64,000 nt of DNA from Thermoproteota archaeon (GTDB lineage Archaea > Korarchaeota > Korarchaeia > Korarchaeales > Korarchaeaceae), in assembly GCA_027491435.1 (NCBI GenBank), contig JAOZFG010000004.1:64001-128000 (forward strand), read 5' to 3'. Shown here piece after piece: positions 19,264 through 28,725 of this stretch. The translations under genes were made by a program, and so were the position numbers. The first letter of the stretch is position 1. Each line of letters starts with the position of its first letter. Under the pieces are notes generated by a model. That model was not told the DNA's origin and made no database searches. It worked only from the letters and a program-made list of their open reading frames with translations.

Positions 19264-19892
19264 AGGATCCAAGGCTTGCAGTGGCGGAGATAGCTTTAGG
19301 CCTCCTCAAGGAAGTTCCCCAGAAGATGATTCGATCAATAGACCTTAAAGGATTAGCTGCCGAGGTAAAAACCCTCTCCTTCAGTTTTATGTCATTGGAG
19401 GAACTCAACGATCAGGGAATGCTCGTTGGACTTGTGAGCTATGGGCAGAAGCTCAAAGAGGTGTGGGAGGAATGGAAGGACAGGGCTAAAACTCCAGGGG
19501 ACAGGCTGGCCCTGGCTAAGGTTAGGTTCGCCTCCATAATATTCGGTGGCATTCAAGAGAGGGTAGGCAGAAGGGCGGAGATATTCTATGGGACTGATTC
19601 CTACTGGGGAAGGCTAGTTGACGTGAAGGAGTTCAATGGACTGAGGAAGACTGTAGTGGAGGCTAAGGAAAGGTTTGACGTTGTCACCAACATGACGGTG
19701 TCTAGGGGTGACTTGTTAGCGTTCGCCATACTCCCTCCCAAGAGGTTCGGCGACTACGTGAGTGAAGGCATGTTCTTTGAGGCTGAGGGAGAGGGTCAAC
19801 CGGGATCGGTTCCTATACCTACTGGGAGAGGGGCTAAAAGCGTTGAATCGGTTCTCAGAGAGGAAGCTGCTAGGCTTAACATCAAGATCTAA
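19260..19892 (+). CDS. Archaeal tRNA-binding OB-fold domain protein
   Basis: VVTNM..., LPPKRFGDYVSEGMF (Trbp/EMAP-like C-terminal motif) with helical N-domain. Confidence 0.8.
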   Translation: MKDPRLAVAEIALGLLKEVPQKMIRSIDLKGLAAEVKTLSFSFMSLEELNDQGMLVGLVSYGQKLKEVWEEWKDRAKTPGDRLALAKVRFASIIFGGIQERVGRRAEIFYGTDSYWGRLVDVKEFNGLRKTVVEAKERFDVVTNMTVSRGDLLAFAILPPKRFGDYVSEGMFFEAEGEGQPGSVPIPTGRGAKSVESVLREEAARLNIKI

Positions 19893-21012
19893 CCGATTCT
19901 ATTATGGAAAGCCAGATATCAGTAACCTCCCTGGCCCTGGGCAACTCTGACTTCGCTCCCGCCCTTATTAAGTAGCTATCCCACTTTTTTGCGTATTCTA
20001 AGAGAGCTGGAACGTTCTCAACCTTTCCTAGGTAGTAGAGAAGCCTTATGTGTAGCCTATGGTACCTCTCGTTCGCCTTACCGTGTTTTGGTGAGTAGAG
20101 CGACCAGCTACCGCAATCGTACTCGGGGAGTATCTTTATCAGGGTAGCAATGCCCTCTTCAAGGTGCTTCTTAGCGATGGGATCTTCTACTAACTTAGTG
20201 TATATGGAAAGCCCTTTTAGGGATAACATGAACCCGTTGAGGACGTGATCGTCCGACGCGTGAGAGTACTCCAAGTAGAAGGGACCCTCAGGCAAACTAA
20301 TCCTGAACCCGCCCTTACTAAGGGGGGTTCCAAAGCTCTTGGCTAGGCCTCTAGCGACCTCTAAATAGGTCTCATTTCCCGTCTTGAGATAGGCTAAGGC
20401 GTAATAGCCGGCCCCTATTCCCTGGGATATGGAGCTCACCCACGGTATCTTGGCCGTCTCCCAGGCAAAGTAGAACTTAAAGAAGGCGACGTCCCCCTGG
20501 AACTCGAGGTATCTGAGCATGCCATCAAGTATTCCCAGGAACTCGCTCCAATTGTTCCTGTAGATGAGGGCTGCCGTTGCCAAGTTTAGGGAGTTTATGT
20601 GGTGAACGTTGAACCCTTGATTGTTTAAGTAGACCAGGGGGACTCTAACTCCAGGCGGACGGTAGTTCTCGAAGAGGCTCGGGTTACCTGAGTAGTGGAC
20701 GTCCGAATTTAATGAGTCAACAAGCTGGTAGAAGGCTTGTCTAGTGAGGTTCACAGAGGAATACCTCTTGAGTAGGTCTAAGATCTCATCCCTGAACTCC
20801 GACCTGTTGCAGGCCTCTCTAGTCAACTTCAGGAAGTTATCCACCTCCCTGTAGGCGACTCCAGCGTCTACAGCCTTATCAGCCAAGGACCTGATCTGAT
20901 CATCAGGCAGATAGCAGTTAGCAACCTCGTAACTCCTCCTCATCATAAACGCGTGGATGGCCAGAAGGGCTAAGATCAACGTTGAAACGAAGAGAATCTT
21001 AAGGACTTTCAC
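19882..21012 (-). CDS. Exported D-glucuronyl C5-epimerase family protein
   Basis: WVSSISQG, FYLEYS, HVLNGFM, WSLYS and YHRLHI motifs; N-terminal TM/signal. Confidence 0.8.
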   Translation of the reverse strand: MKVLKILFVSTLILALLAIHAFMMRRSYEVANCYLPDDQIRSLADKAVDAGVAYREVDNFLKLTREACNRSEFRDEILDLLKRYSSVNLTRQAFYQLVDSLNSDVHYSGNPSLFENYRPPGVRVPLVYLNNQGFNVHHINSLNLATAALIYRNNWSEFLGILDGMLRYLEFQGDVAFFKFYFAWETAKIPWVSSISQGIGAGYYALAYLKTGNETYLEVARGLAKSFGTPLSKGGFRISLPEGPFYLEYSHASDDHVLNGFMLSLKGLSIYTKLVEDPIAKKHLEEGIATLIKILPEYDCGSWSLYSPKHGKANERYHRLHIRLLYYLGKVENVPALLEYAKKWDSYLIRAGAKSELPRAREVTDIWLSIIESVRS

Positions 21013-22666
21013 TGGATACTACCCCCACAGTGGCCCTGCTGTAATAAGAGAGGGGACATACCTCATTACAAAGCCCGCAAGAAGTGCACCTCTCAGCGTT
21101 CACCCTGATGCCCTCGCTCAAGTAGAGGGCATCGCAGTAAGTGGTACAGACCCCGCACTCGGTGCAAGAGCTTACCCTCACGTATATCCTAGCGAGCTCC
21201 TTTAGGGCTTTACCCTCGAACTCAACGGCGTTCTCCTTGAAGATGAGTCGGCCCTTCTCCAGGTTCAACTTACCGTCATCTGGTTTACCTAAGGTGATCG
21301 AGAGCTCCTTCACCCTGCTGGTAAAGTTACCTGTTAAGGCCAAGTTCTCCCTGATTTTTAAGGTGGTTAAAGGGGGCCTCTTGTATATGCCGAGCCTTCT
21401 GAAGCCCTTGGGTGGCTTAATCCACCTCCAAAGTCCTAGCTTCACCCACTCCTCACTGTAACCCCTTTCGCCAGCGTACTTCCTCAGAAAGGATTCCCAC
21501 CTATCCCAGAGATCTGGATACCTCTCCTTAACCATGAGGTAATCTGCTATCTTAGCCGCGGGGCACAGATAACAGCCTAACCTCTTAAATCCTTGGTAGT
21601 ACAGGGGGTTGAGCTCGACGCCCCTGCTCCAAGCGTAGAGCCACACAGACAAGGCGGTCCAATCGTTAATCGGTGAGGCCGACAGGAACCCGGGCATCCA
21701 AGGGTTTCTCCAGATTGGCGGAGACTTGGATCTAGCGATGGACTCGAACTTCCTCTGTCCTACCAATGTGAGGGCTGGCATGAAGGGCTTCAAAGCCCTG
21801 AACGTAGGTGCTAGTTTAATTACTTTGCAGCACCACCTATAATCCCTAGCAGGCGGTCCAAACTTACCCACATACCTCCAAAAGGAGTCCCCAGCATCCC
21901 CTACTATGTCCACACCCACCTTCTCGACGAACTTTAGGGTTTCAGGTAGTTCTAGCCCGGTGTCGTTGAAATAGACCTTGAAGTCCACGTCGCTCCTGCT
22001 CACCAAGTCGAGCAGAGTGGAGCTGTCCTTTCCCCCGGAAAACGAGAGAATAAGCCTTCTCTTTTTAGCTAATCTCCTAATAAAAAGTATAGATTTACCC
22101 ATTAAAGAGTTTAGACAGTATTCATTTAACTTGATCATCCTCTTCCTGTCGTGAGGGACTTCCAATGGCTCGGGGCCCGGCTTAAAGACCTTTACCTGAA
22201 CGTATTTATTGCCTTGTCTCTCAGCTAACCCGTTTTTAGTGAGTACAAATTTAGGGTCATCCTCCTTGGCCTCTCCAATGACGGTTCCTTTATCGCCAGA
22301 GGCATTTATCTTGTCCAAGTAACTTCTAAGCCTCTCCGCTCCCGCTCGAGAGGGCTTGAAGTACCACCTAAAGTCGAAGATGTCGAAGAACAAGTGACCT
22401 AAAACGACTCCGTCAGCAATGATCTCATAGGATAGATCCAAGTACGGGACCTTTCCCATCAAGATTACTTGATCACCGTTGGGGAGAAGTTTCTGATAAC
22501 TGCCGGTCCCAAATTGATCTTCTAAAACGCTCTTTAACAATTTTAGATCGAAGTCTGTGGCTGGAGAGGGATCGCTCCACTTCGAAGTTCTGATAACCCT
22601 GACCTCCTCCCCTGAGCAGCCCTTAAGTAGGGGCACGTTGTTTTCAACGTCCCAGAGGAGCATCAA
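20999..22666 (-). CDS. PAPS-reductase-family protein with C-terminal ferredoxin domain
   Basis: SFSGGKDS PP-loop, RWCC, GCYLCP; CTECGVC and CTSCGLCNEVCP. Confidence 0.88.
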   Translation of the reverse strand: MMLLWDVENNVPLLKGCSGEEVRVIRTSKWSDPSPATDFDLKLLKSVLEDQFGTGSYQKLLPNGDQVILMGKVPYLDLSYEIIADGVVLGHLFFDIFDFRWYFKPSRAGAERLRSYLDKINASGDKGTVIGEAKEDDPKFVLTKNGLAERQGNKYVQVKVFKPGPEPLEVPHDRKRMIKLNEYCLNSLMGKSILFIRRLAKKRRLILSFSGGKDSSTLLDLVSRSDVDFKVYFNDTGLELPETLKFVEKVGVDIVGDAGDSFWRYVGKFGPPARDYRWCCKVIKLAPTFRALKPFMPALTLVGQRKFESIARSKSPPIWRNPWMPGFLSASPINDWTALSVWLYAWSRGVELNPLYYQGFKRLGCYLCPAAKIADYLMVKERYPDLWDRWESFLRKYAGERGYSEEWVKLGLWRWIKPPKGFRRLGIYKRPPLTTLKIRENLALTGNFTSRVKELSITLGKPDDGKLNLEKGRLIFKENAVEFEGKALKELARIYVRVSSCTECGVCTTYCDALYLSEGIRVNAERCTSCGLCNEVCPLSYYSRATVGVVSSESP

Positions 22667-22834
22667 CTCCGGCCCACCCCCTAGTCGGCAGAACGCCTTT
22701 TAAGCGTAGTGTTCTATGTCCGAACACGAAAATGTTCGGTCAAGTTTAGTCACGCGAGGACGTTGGAGCGAGGGCTCAGGACGTCTGGGTGAGAGGGAGA
22801 GCGGTTATCCTTTGAACCCTTAACAACCCGCCCA

Positions 22835-23398
22835 TCACCTCATAGCCATGAGTTTGAACAGCTTCTCTAGACAGGAGTTGCAAGGCCTCCAGTCCTTACG
22901 ATCTACCTCTTCTATGGTCTCACTGAAGCTCATTACGCACTTCGGGTTGAAGCAGTGATCTAATCCAAAAAGGTGTCCAAGCTCATGAGATACCTCCTTT
23001 AGAGCTCTGACGTAAAGTAGCTCATCGTCCTGCTCGTAGGGCCTCAACCTTGCCAAATAGACCACGCCAAATTTCCCATTGACCTCAGCCTGCCCGAATA
23101 TGAAATTAGTGTTAGTTGCGTACCCATCGTCATCTACGATGATTATAACCTTTTCATCGAGCCTCCACCTATCTACTGCCCTTAGATAAGTTATCAGTTT
23201 TTCACTCTTTATCATTCCGTCTCTCTCTTTATCATAAACGTGCGGCGGTACCCTTATGCCCCTCTCATCAATTCTAACGTTGACTGGATAAGCTTCTGGT
23301 AACCTCTCACCGATGAACTCCAGCAGAGAGATCTCGATGAAGTTAGCAGGCACTAGCACCACGTTCACGGGCTCCATGAAGGATCGAGTAATCATCAC
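22835..23398 (-). CDS. amzA: Archaemetzincin Zn metalloprotease
   Basis: HELGHLFGLDHC..CVMSFS..C..C. Confidence 0.92.
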   Translation of the reverse strand: MMITRSFMEPVNVVLVPANFIEISLLEFIGERLPEAYPVNVRIDERGIRVPPHVYDKERDGMIKSEKLITYLRAVDRWRLDEKVIIIVDDDGYATNTNFIFGQAEVNGKFGVVYLARLRPYEQDDELLYVRALKEVSHELGHLFGLDHCFNPKCVMSFSETIEEVDRKDWRPCNSCLEKLFKLMAMR

Positions 23399-23413
23399 AA
23401 CGGATTATTTAAG

Positions 23414-23578
23414 TTAACGCGGTCCGCCTATTAAATATGAAAGCAGGATAGTGCTTAAATTAACGTAGTAGGCGGAGCCCATCCAGATCGGCCTTAACTG
23501 GAATCTGGCGACGTAGAACCCGGCTAGGACGGCCATTATGATCAGGAATATCAGGCCTATGAGCCTACTAACACGCAC
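23414..23578 (-). CDS. Small membrane protein (54 aa), absent from the ORF track
   Basis: Read manually: MRVSRLIGLIFLIIMAVLAGFYVARFQLRPIWMGSAYYVNLSTILLSYLIGGPR; GTG start 5 nt after the nth stop. Confidence 0.6.
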   Translation of the reverse strand: MRVSRLIGLIFLIIMAVLAGFYVARFQLRPIWMGSAYYVNLSTILLSYLIGGPR

Positions 23579-23583
23579 CCTTC

Positions 23584-24246
23584 TCATTCCCTCACACCTA
23601 TTTTAGGGCATATATCGCTTAGCGGGCATGATTCGCATTTAGGATTTCTGGCCTTACAGTAAGTCCTGCCCAACTTTATCAGCAAAAGATGTCCCTTCAA
23701 GTAATCTTCTGGACTGAAGAACTCCATCAGAAATCTCCTAGCTTCCTCGTAGTTAGCGTCCTCGGGAACTAAGCCGAGCCTCTTGCTGACCCTCATCACG
23801 TGAGTGTCAACTGGGAAGGTCGGGTAGTTAGCGGTCATCAAGAGGACCACGTCAGCAGTTTTAGGTCCCACTCCTCTGAGGGACTTCAGGACTTCTCTAG
23901 CAGATTCCCCGTCCATGCTCAGGATTTTGTTCAGCTTACCGTTGGTCAAGTTAACTGCTAACTCCTTAATAACCCTGGCCTTTTGGCGGTATAGTCCGGC
24001 TGGTCGGATGGCTTGCTCAATCTCCTTAACGTCAGCCTTGGCCAGGGCTTCTGGGGTTATCTTGTAGATCTTCTTCAAGTTGTTCAGGGCCCTGAAGGAG
24101 TTCTTGTCAGTGGTATTCTGGGATAACACCGTGGCGACTAAGACCTCGAAGGGGTTTTTGGTTTTAGACGCCTTTAAGGCTATAAATTCCTCATCTCTTA
24201 TCTCAAAGGCCTTCTGAAGTCTACTTATCAACTCTTTTGGACTCAC
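23584..24246 (-). CDS. nth: Endonuclease III (HhH-GPD)
   Basis: VLSQNT, LRGVGPKTA, PVDTHV, C-X6-C-X2-C-X5-C 4Fe-4S motif. Confidence 0.95.
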   Translation of the reverse strand: MSPKELISRLQKAFEIRDEEFIALKASKTKNPFEVLVATVLSQNTTDKNSFRALNNLKKIYKITPEALAKADVKEIEQAIRPAGLYRQKARVIKELAVNLTNGKLNKILSMDGESAREVLKSLRGVGPKTADVVLLMTANYPTFPVDTHVMRVSKRLGLVPEDANYEEARRFLMEFFSPEDYLKGHLLLIKLGRTYCKARNPKCESCPLSDICPKIGVRE

Positions 24247-24622
24247 TTATGGCACCTCTGACTTTGTTCAGGAACTTCTCCAGGTTAACGATGTATCTCT
24301 CGTGCTCTCCCTCGCCTATGAGCACATCCCTCCAGTAAGCCTCCACCCTGAAGGTGAGCTTTCTCCCGCTCACGTCAACCAGCTTAACTCGAACCCTCAC
24401 TACCTCTCCTACTGGAGCCGGCGCTTTATGAGAGACGCACACTTTGGTTCCCACAGTGGTGTGTCCCTCGGGTATCCTGTCCTGCACGAGCCTGTGGGAG
24501 GAGATCTCCATTAGGCCTATCATGGACGGAGTTGACAGCACCTTCACTTCCCTTATGTGACCTGCAGCCATCTCCTCGCTAACTTCGTAAGAGAACTCGC
24601 CTTCTAAACCCCTTTCAAGCAT
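24221..24622 (-). CDS. FlK-type hot-dog thioesterase
   Basis: VLSTPSMIGLME, TVGT..HKAPAP, GEHER. Confidence 0.88.
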   Translation of the reverse strand: MLERGLEGEFSYEVSEEMAAGHIREVKVLSTPSMIGLMEISSHRLVQDRIPEGHTTVGTKVCVSHKAPAPVGEVVRVRVKLVDVSGRKLTFRVEAYWRDVLIGEGEHERYIVNLEKFLNKVRGAISESKRVDK

Positions 24623-24680
24623 AACATCACCACCTAGAGACCCTAGAAACGTTTATATATCCTTCTAAAAGTCAAGACCT

Positions 24681-24992
24681 ATGAGCTCATGGGAGTCCGG
24701 GGTAAAAAAGGCCATCGAGAGATTTAACGAGATGAGGAGCCCGGAGGCTGTGGCCGAGATATTGCTGTTGGAGGGCGATAACCTCATAATAAGGATAAGT
24801 GGGCCATTCTGTGCATCATGTGGACTCTTTGACTACTTTGATGACTTGGCCTTCCTCTTAGAAGAGGAGTTAGGCGTCCTGGTCTCAGTAGAAGAGGTTG
24901 AGGAGCTGGAGGACTCATCCTACCTGGCCTTGTACAAGATAGGGGTTAAGGAGAAGAAGGACAGGAGGCTGGAACCTGTCTTCAACCCCTGA
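24681..24992 (+). CDS. Small acidic CxxC protein (NifU-C-like)
   Basis: ISGPFCASCGLFDYFDD motif; leaderless ATG downstream of a TATA-like box. Confidence 0.65.
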   Translation: MSSWESGVKKAIERFNEMRSPEAVAEILLLEGDNLIIRISGPFCASCGLFDYFDDLAFLLEEELGVLVSVEEVEELEDSSYLALYKIGVKEKKDRRLEPVFNP

Positions 24993-26022
24993 CGTTCCAG
25001 TACTTGGAGAAAACCTTCTTACCCTCATCTATCAGGGCCCTCGTCCTCCTGATAACCCGATCATCTTCTATTTCAGGGGATCCGTCAACCTCCCTGGGGT
25101 CCTTGGGAAGTACCTCACCCATGAACCCATAAGATAAAGCCAGCCACCCCCAGTTCCTTATCTCCTCGTTGTACCCGCTGATCAGAAGGTTCACCTTGCT
25201 TTTTGACTTAAGAGAGGAGGCCCATCCACCAAGCTCCCACAGGCCCTCAATGGTCTGACCTAAGTTGGTTAGCGGGTCTGAGTAGTGGGGGTCGCTCCCC
25301 CCATGAGCGATCACGAGGTCTGCATCGAAGCTCTCAGTTATGGGCACCACAAGCTCCTCTATAGCTATCTTGTAGGACTCGGGCCCCGCTTTAGGGGGTA
25401 GGGGGACGTTAACCGTGTACCCTTCGCCCTTACCCCTTCCAACCTGGTGTAGAAATCCAACTCCAGGGTAAATAGTTGCTGGATCCTGATGGAGGCTTAC
25501 GTACAAGACGCTATCGTCTTCATAAAATATTTCCATAGTCCCGTTACCGTGATGGGCGTCGTGGTCGAATATTAGGACTCTATCAACTCCCTGAGATTGG
25601 GCCCATCTGGCAGCTACCGCAACGTCGTTGATCAGGCAAAAGCCTCCCCCCTCTCTCACGCCCGCGTGATGGGCGCCCCCAAATCCTAAAGAAGATCCCT
25701 CTCGAAGGGCGACCCTTATAGCCGATAGCGCCGAGTACACTAAACTTAGGGAAGCTTCCCACATACCCTTAAAAGCGGGGGTATCTAGGGAAATCAGCCC
25801 AAACCCCTTGCGGCTCATCTCAATTAGTTTATCTAAGTACCCCTTGTCGTGAACCCTCAATAAATCTTGAAAGGTGGGAGGTTCTCCTACGGGGTCTATG
25901 ATCTCTATTGGAGCGCCTAATCTTCTAATGAACCTAACAAATTTGGGGAATCGATCACCCCGGAAGGGGTGACCGTACCCAAAGTCATAGTCCTTAACTC
26001 CTGGTACGTATGGGAACTTCAT
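24982..26022 (-). CDS. Histone deacetylase/AcuC family protein
   Basis: GHPF, GGAHHA, GFCLIND, DAHHGNG, SLHQ..YPG, DPH..DPL. Confidence 0.93.
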   Translation of the reverse strand: MKFPYVPGVKDYDFGYGHPFRGDRFPKFVRFIRRLGAPIEIIDPVGEPPTFQDLLRVHDKGYLDKLIEMSRKGFGLISLDTPAFKGMWEASLSLVYSALSAIRVALREGSSLGFGGAHHAGVREGGGFCLINDVAVAARWAQSQGVDRVLIFDHDAHHGNGTMEIFYEDDSVLYVSLHQDPATIYPGVGFLHQVGRGKGEGYTVNVPLPPKAGPESYKIAIEELVVPITESFDADLVIAHGGSDPHYSDPLTNLGQTIEGLWELGGWASSLKSKSKVNLLISGYNEEIRNWGWLALSYGFMGEVLPKDPREVDGSPEIEDDRVIRRTRALIDEGKKVFSKYWNVRG

Positions 26023-27674
26023 GGTATCTCAAGCAATTTCCTGACCTCTATCTTGTAAATAAGCTGTCTGTAATATGAGGGCTTACCCCCAACGGCCACT
26101 CCATAAGCCCCCTCCATTATTGCGGCCTCTATAAATTTAGGCGTCAAGGGGCCGTGTTTAACGCTGACTATGAACTTCTTACCTTTCATGCTGGATAGAA
26201 GTCTGTTTATGTAGACAACCTTGCCCATCTCGCTGCTAAATGGTTTTATCAGAGAGGGCACGTCCAGTATTACCTTATCCCAATCTAAGGTGATTGCTGC
26301 ACCGGGGTTTCTCATGACAGCCCACAGGTCTTTTACGCCATATCCCTTCAACAAGCTTAAGTAGAGTTCTATCTCATCCGTGGTCTCAGCTATTATAGCG
26401 TAAGACCTGTACACGGATCTGCTGATCTTATTCTCCTCGAAAGGCACGCCTCTTGGCAGTAGGGCTATAACCTCTTTCCCTTGTATTGAAGGGGCTTTGT
26501 CCAGAGTGGTGATAACGCCGTCGAACCTGTCAACGTTCTTAGGCGATGAGCTCCTGAGAAACAGCCTGGTTCCCGTGACCACGCTCACCACGATGGGCTT
26601 TCTGTAATGCTTCTCCTCCACCACAACCTCCTTGGCCTTCTCCACTTCGGCCTTCTCCTTATTCACCTCAACCTCCCTACTCAAGCGCTGTACGGGCTGA
26701 CTCAAGAATTCTAAAACCCTCTTCTCCACGGCTCTCACCGGAGGTCTCTCAGGCTCCTTGTGAGCCTGTATAACGTATAGGTCAGAGGTCCCATCTTGAA
26801 CTATCCACTCCACCCTTGTCGGGGTGCCGAAGACCTTCGATAGGTTGACAGAGGTCCTAGTTATCTCTATTATTTTGGCCTCATCTAGGGACGAGTTAAC
26901 CCAGAGGTTCTGAGGGACCTCCTCCCTTTTAATCCCCTGCGGGGTGGGAACTGCCCTGAACCTCTTCTCCTCAACCTCGCTTTCAACGACCCTCATGTCT
27001 TCCACTAACACCTTAAACCTGTCTTTAGCGGAATCTGCTGCCATTAACCCCCAAGTGGACTCTATAAGAACTTCTCCAGCCCTTCTAGATGGACAACATA
27101 CAGCTATGCCAGAGGAGAGTGGATAAATAACCTTCTGAATGATGGCAGCTATGCTTATGTCTTCCGGAGGAATACCCAGATCAATTAACCTGGCTATCAA
27201 CCTTAGGGAAAAGGCCTCAAGCCAGAGGTTGGTGAGAGCTCGCTTTATCCCTTCCTTATTAGCTCTATCAAACCAGACCCTAGTCCTACCCTCTAGATCT
27301 CCGTCTTTAAGGCCCATGGCATATGGAGACGGCCTGACCACTATGAACTTGGCTGATAGGTCATCCAATTTCTCTAAGATCCCCTCTATGAGCTCATCAG
27401 GCACCTCCATCGACTGGGCTTTCCTGAACACCCTGTCAAGCCATTCCTTAACTTTCGCCAGGTTTGCCTCATCTTCTCTCAAGTAGCGGGCTAGCCTGAA
27501 GATCTCATGCCTGAGGCCCTCCCTCTGCAACCACCTGTTGAACTGACTTGTAGTCACCACCAGCCCAGGAGGAACCCTAATGCCGCTCTCTATAACCCTG
27601 TAGAGGTTCTTTGCTTTAAAACCGACGTCTTCCTCCGGAGCTCCCCTCAAATCACTCAGGTACAGGATAGTCAA
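26019..27674 (-). CDS. Degenerate PEP synthase/PPDK-like protein
   Basis: VGFKAKNL, VPPGLVVT, IIQKVI, IESTWGL, VEW, YVIQA; canonical RSSA/EDxxxxSFAG and phospho-His motifs absent. Confidence 0.75.
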   Translation of the reverse strand: MTILYLSDLRGAPEEDVGFKAKNLYRVIESGIRVPPGLVVTTSQFNRWLQREGLRHEIFRLARYLREDEANLAKVKEWLDRVFRKAQSMEVPDELIEGILEKLDDLSAKFIVVRPSPYAMGLKDGDLEGRTRVWFDRANKEGIKRALTNLWLEAFSLRLIARLIDLGIPPEDISIAAIIQKVIYPLSSGIAVCCPSRRAGEVLIESTWGLMAADSAKDRFKVLVEDMRVVESEVEEKRFRAVPTPQGIKREEVPQNLWVNSSLDEAKIIEITRTSVNLSKVFGTPTRVEWIVQDGTSDLYVIQAHKEPERPPVRAVEKRVLEFLSQPVQRLSREVEVNKEKAEVEKAKEVVVEEKHYRKPIVVSVVTGTRLFLRSSSPKNVDRFDGVITTLDKAPSIQGKEVIALLPRGVPFEENKISRSVYRSYAIIAETTDEIELYLSLLKGYGVKDLWAVMRNPGAAITLDWDKVILDVPSLIKPFSSEMGKVVYINRLLSSMKGKKFIVSVKHGPLTPKFIEAAIMEGAYGVAVGGKPSYYRQLIYKIEVRKLLEIP

Positions 27675-28450
27675 GCTATCACCTCTACCACATCTCCTAC
27701 GCCGGCCCCCGATAACTTCGCGGCGTTGCCCCTAGCCACTGAGATTTCCATAAGGTTCGTGCTTCCCCTTATTATAAGGAACCCCCTTCCCTCGTAATAA
27801 GGTGACCTATAGGCCTGTAGAACGGCCCTTCCCACCTTTATGAAAGCCCTTTTAAGGTTCTTAACCTCTCTCCATGGGATGTTGGTCACCAGGTTGCCAA
27901 ACCTATCGACGTTCATTATCTCGCCGATTATCCTGTTGCCGGATCTTCTATAGTTCCATATGTTTAGCTTGATCAGGTCCTGTATTGACTTAGGGAATCC
28001 GAAGCTTTCTATATTCCTTCCACACGAGATCATACCAGCTATCGGGGCAAACACGTCCCTGCCATCGAAGGTGCCAGTTCTCCTGAAGGCTAGTCCCGTC
28101 GACTCTAAGTCTATCTTGTAGGCTTTGTAGGACCTACCCTCTATAGAGGGCCAGAAGAGCCCGTTATCAGGTCCGACGAAGGTGAACTCCCCGGTAAGCA
28201 CTATAGGATCCCTATCGGACCCAACCCCCGGGTCAACCACCCCCACCACTATAGCTCCCTTAGGGATGGCCGTTAGGGATTGCCATATAAGAAAGGATCC
28301 ATGTTTGACGTTGAACGGGAGAACCTTGTGCGTTATATCGTACACGTTGGCGCCTGGGCACTCCCTCTTTATGGCTCCCTTAAGAGCTCCAACGTAATAG
28401 CTCTCATCTCCGAAGTCGGTTATCAGGAAAATTGGGGCACTCATCATCAT
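27671..28450 (-). CDS. SAM hydroxide adenosyltransferase (DUF62); start at one of the ATGs 28444-28450
   Basis: ITDFG, VVDPGVGS, GPDNG, TFDGRDVF and VDRFGN motifs. Confidence 0.92.
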   Translation of the reverse strand: MMMSAPIFLITDFGDESYYVGALKGAIKRECPGANVYDITHKVLPFNVKHGSFLIWQSLTAIPKGAIVVGVVDPGVGSDRDPIVLTGEFTFVGPDNGLFWPSIEGRSYKAYKIDLESTGLAFRRTGTFDGRDVFAPIAGMISCGRNIESFGFPKSIQDLIKLNIWNYRRSGNRIIGEIMNVDRFGNLVTNIPWREVKNLKRAFIKVGRAVLQAYRSPYYEGRGFLIIRGSTNLMEISVARGNAAKLSGAGVGDVVEVIA

Positions 28451-28506
28451 AACCACTCCTAACCCTTTATAAGGTCCCGCGCTCACCTGCCCTTGAGGGA
28501 AAGAGG

Positions 28507-28725
28507 ATGGATAGATCACGTGGCCTAACCATTAAGGCCATCGTCATCATGGCCTTCGGCGTGGCCCTAGTTGTATCGTCCTTTTTAGTCATGGTAATGG
28601 ACATCAGCTCCCTCCTTCTAGTCCTGAGGGTAACCACTTTCTCTTGGATGTTCTTACTGGGCCTGGTTCTCATACTAATATCGTATAAGCTGATGACTCT
28701 CAGGCCTCCTCCCCCTCAAGAGTGA
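28507..28725 (+). CDS. Small membrane protein
   Basis: 72 aa, two hydrophobic helices; TTTATAA box upstream. Confidence 0.6.
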   Translation: MDRSRGLTIKAIVIMAFGVALVVSSFLVMVMDISSLLLVLRVTTFSWMFLLGLVLILISYKLMTLRPPPPQE

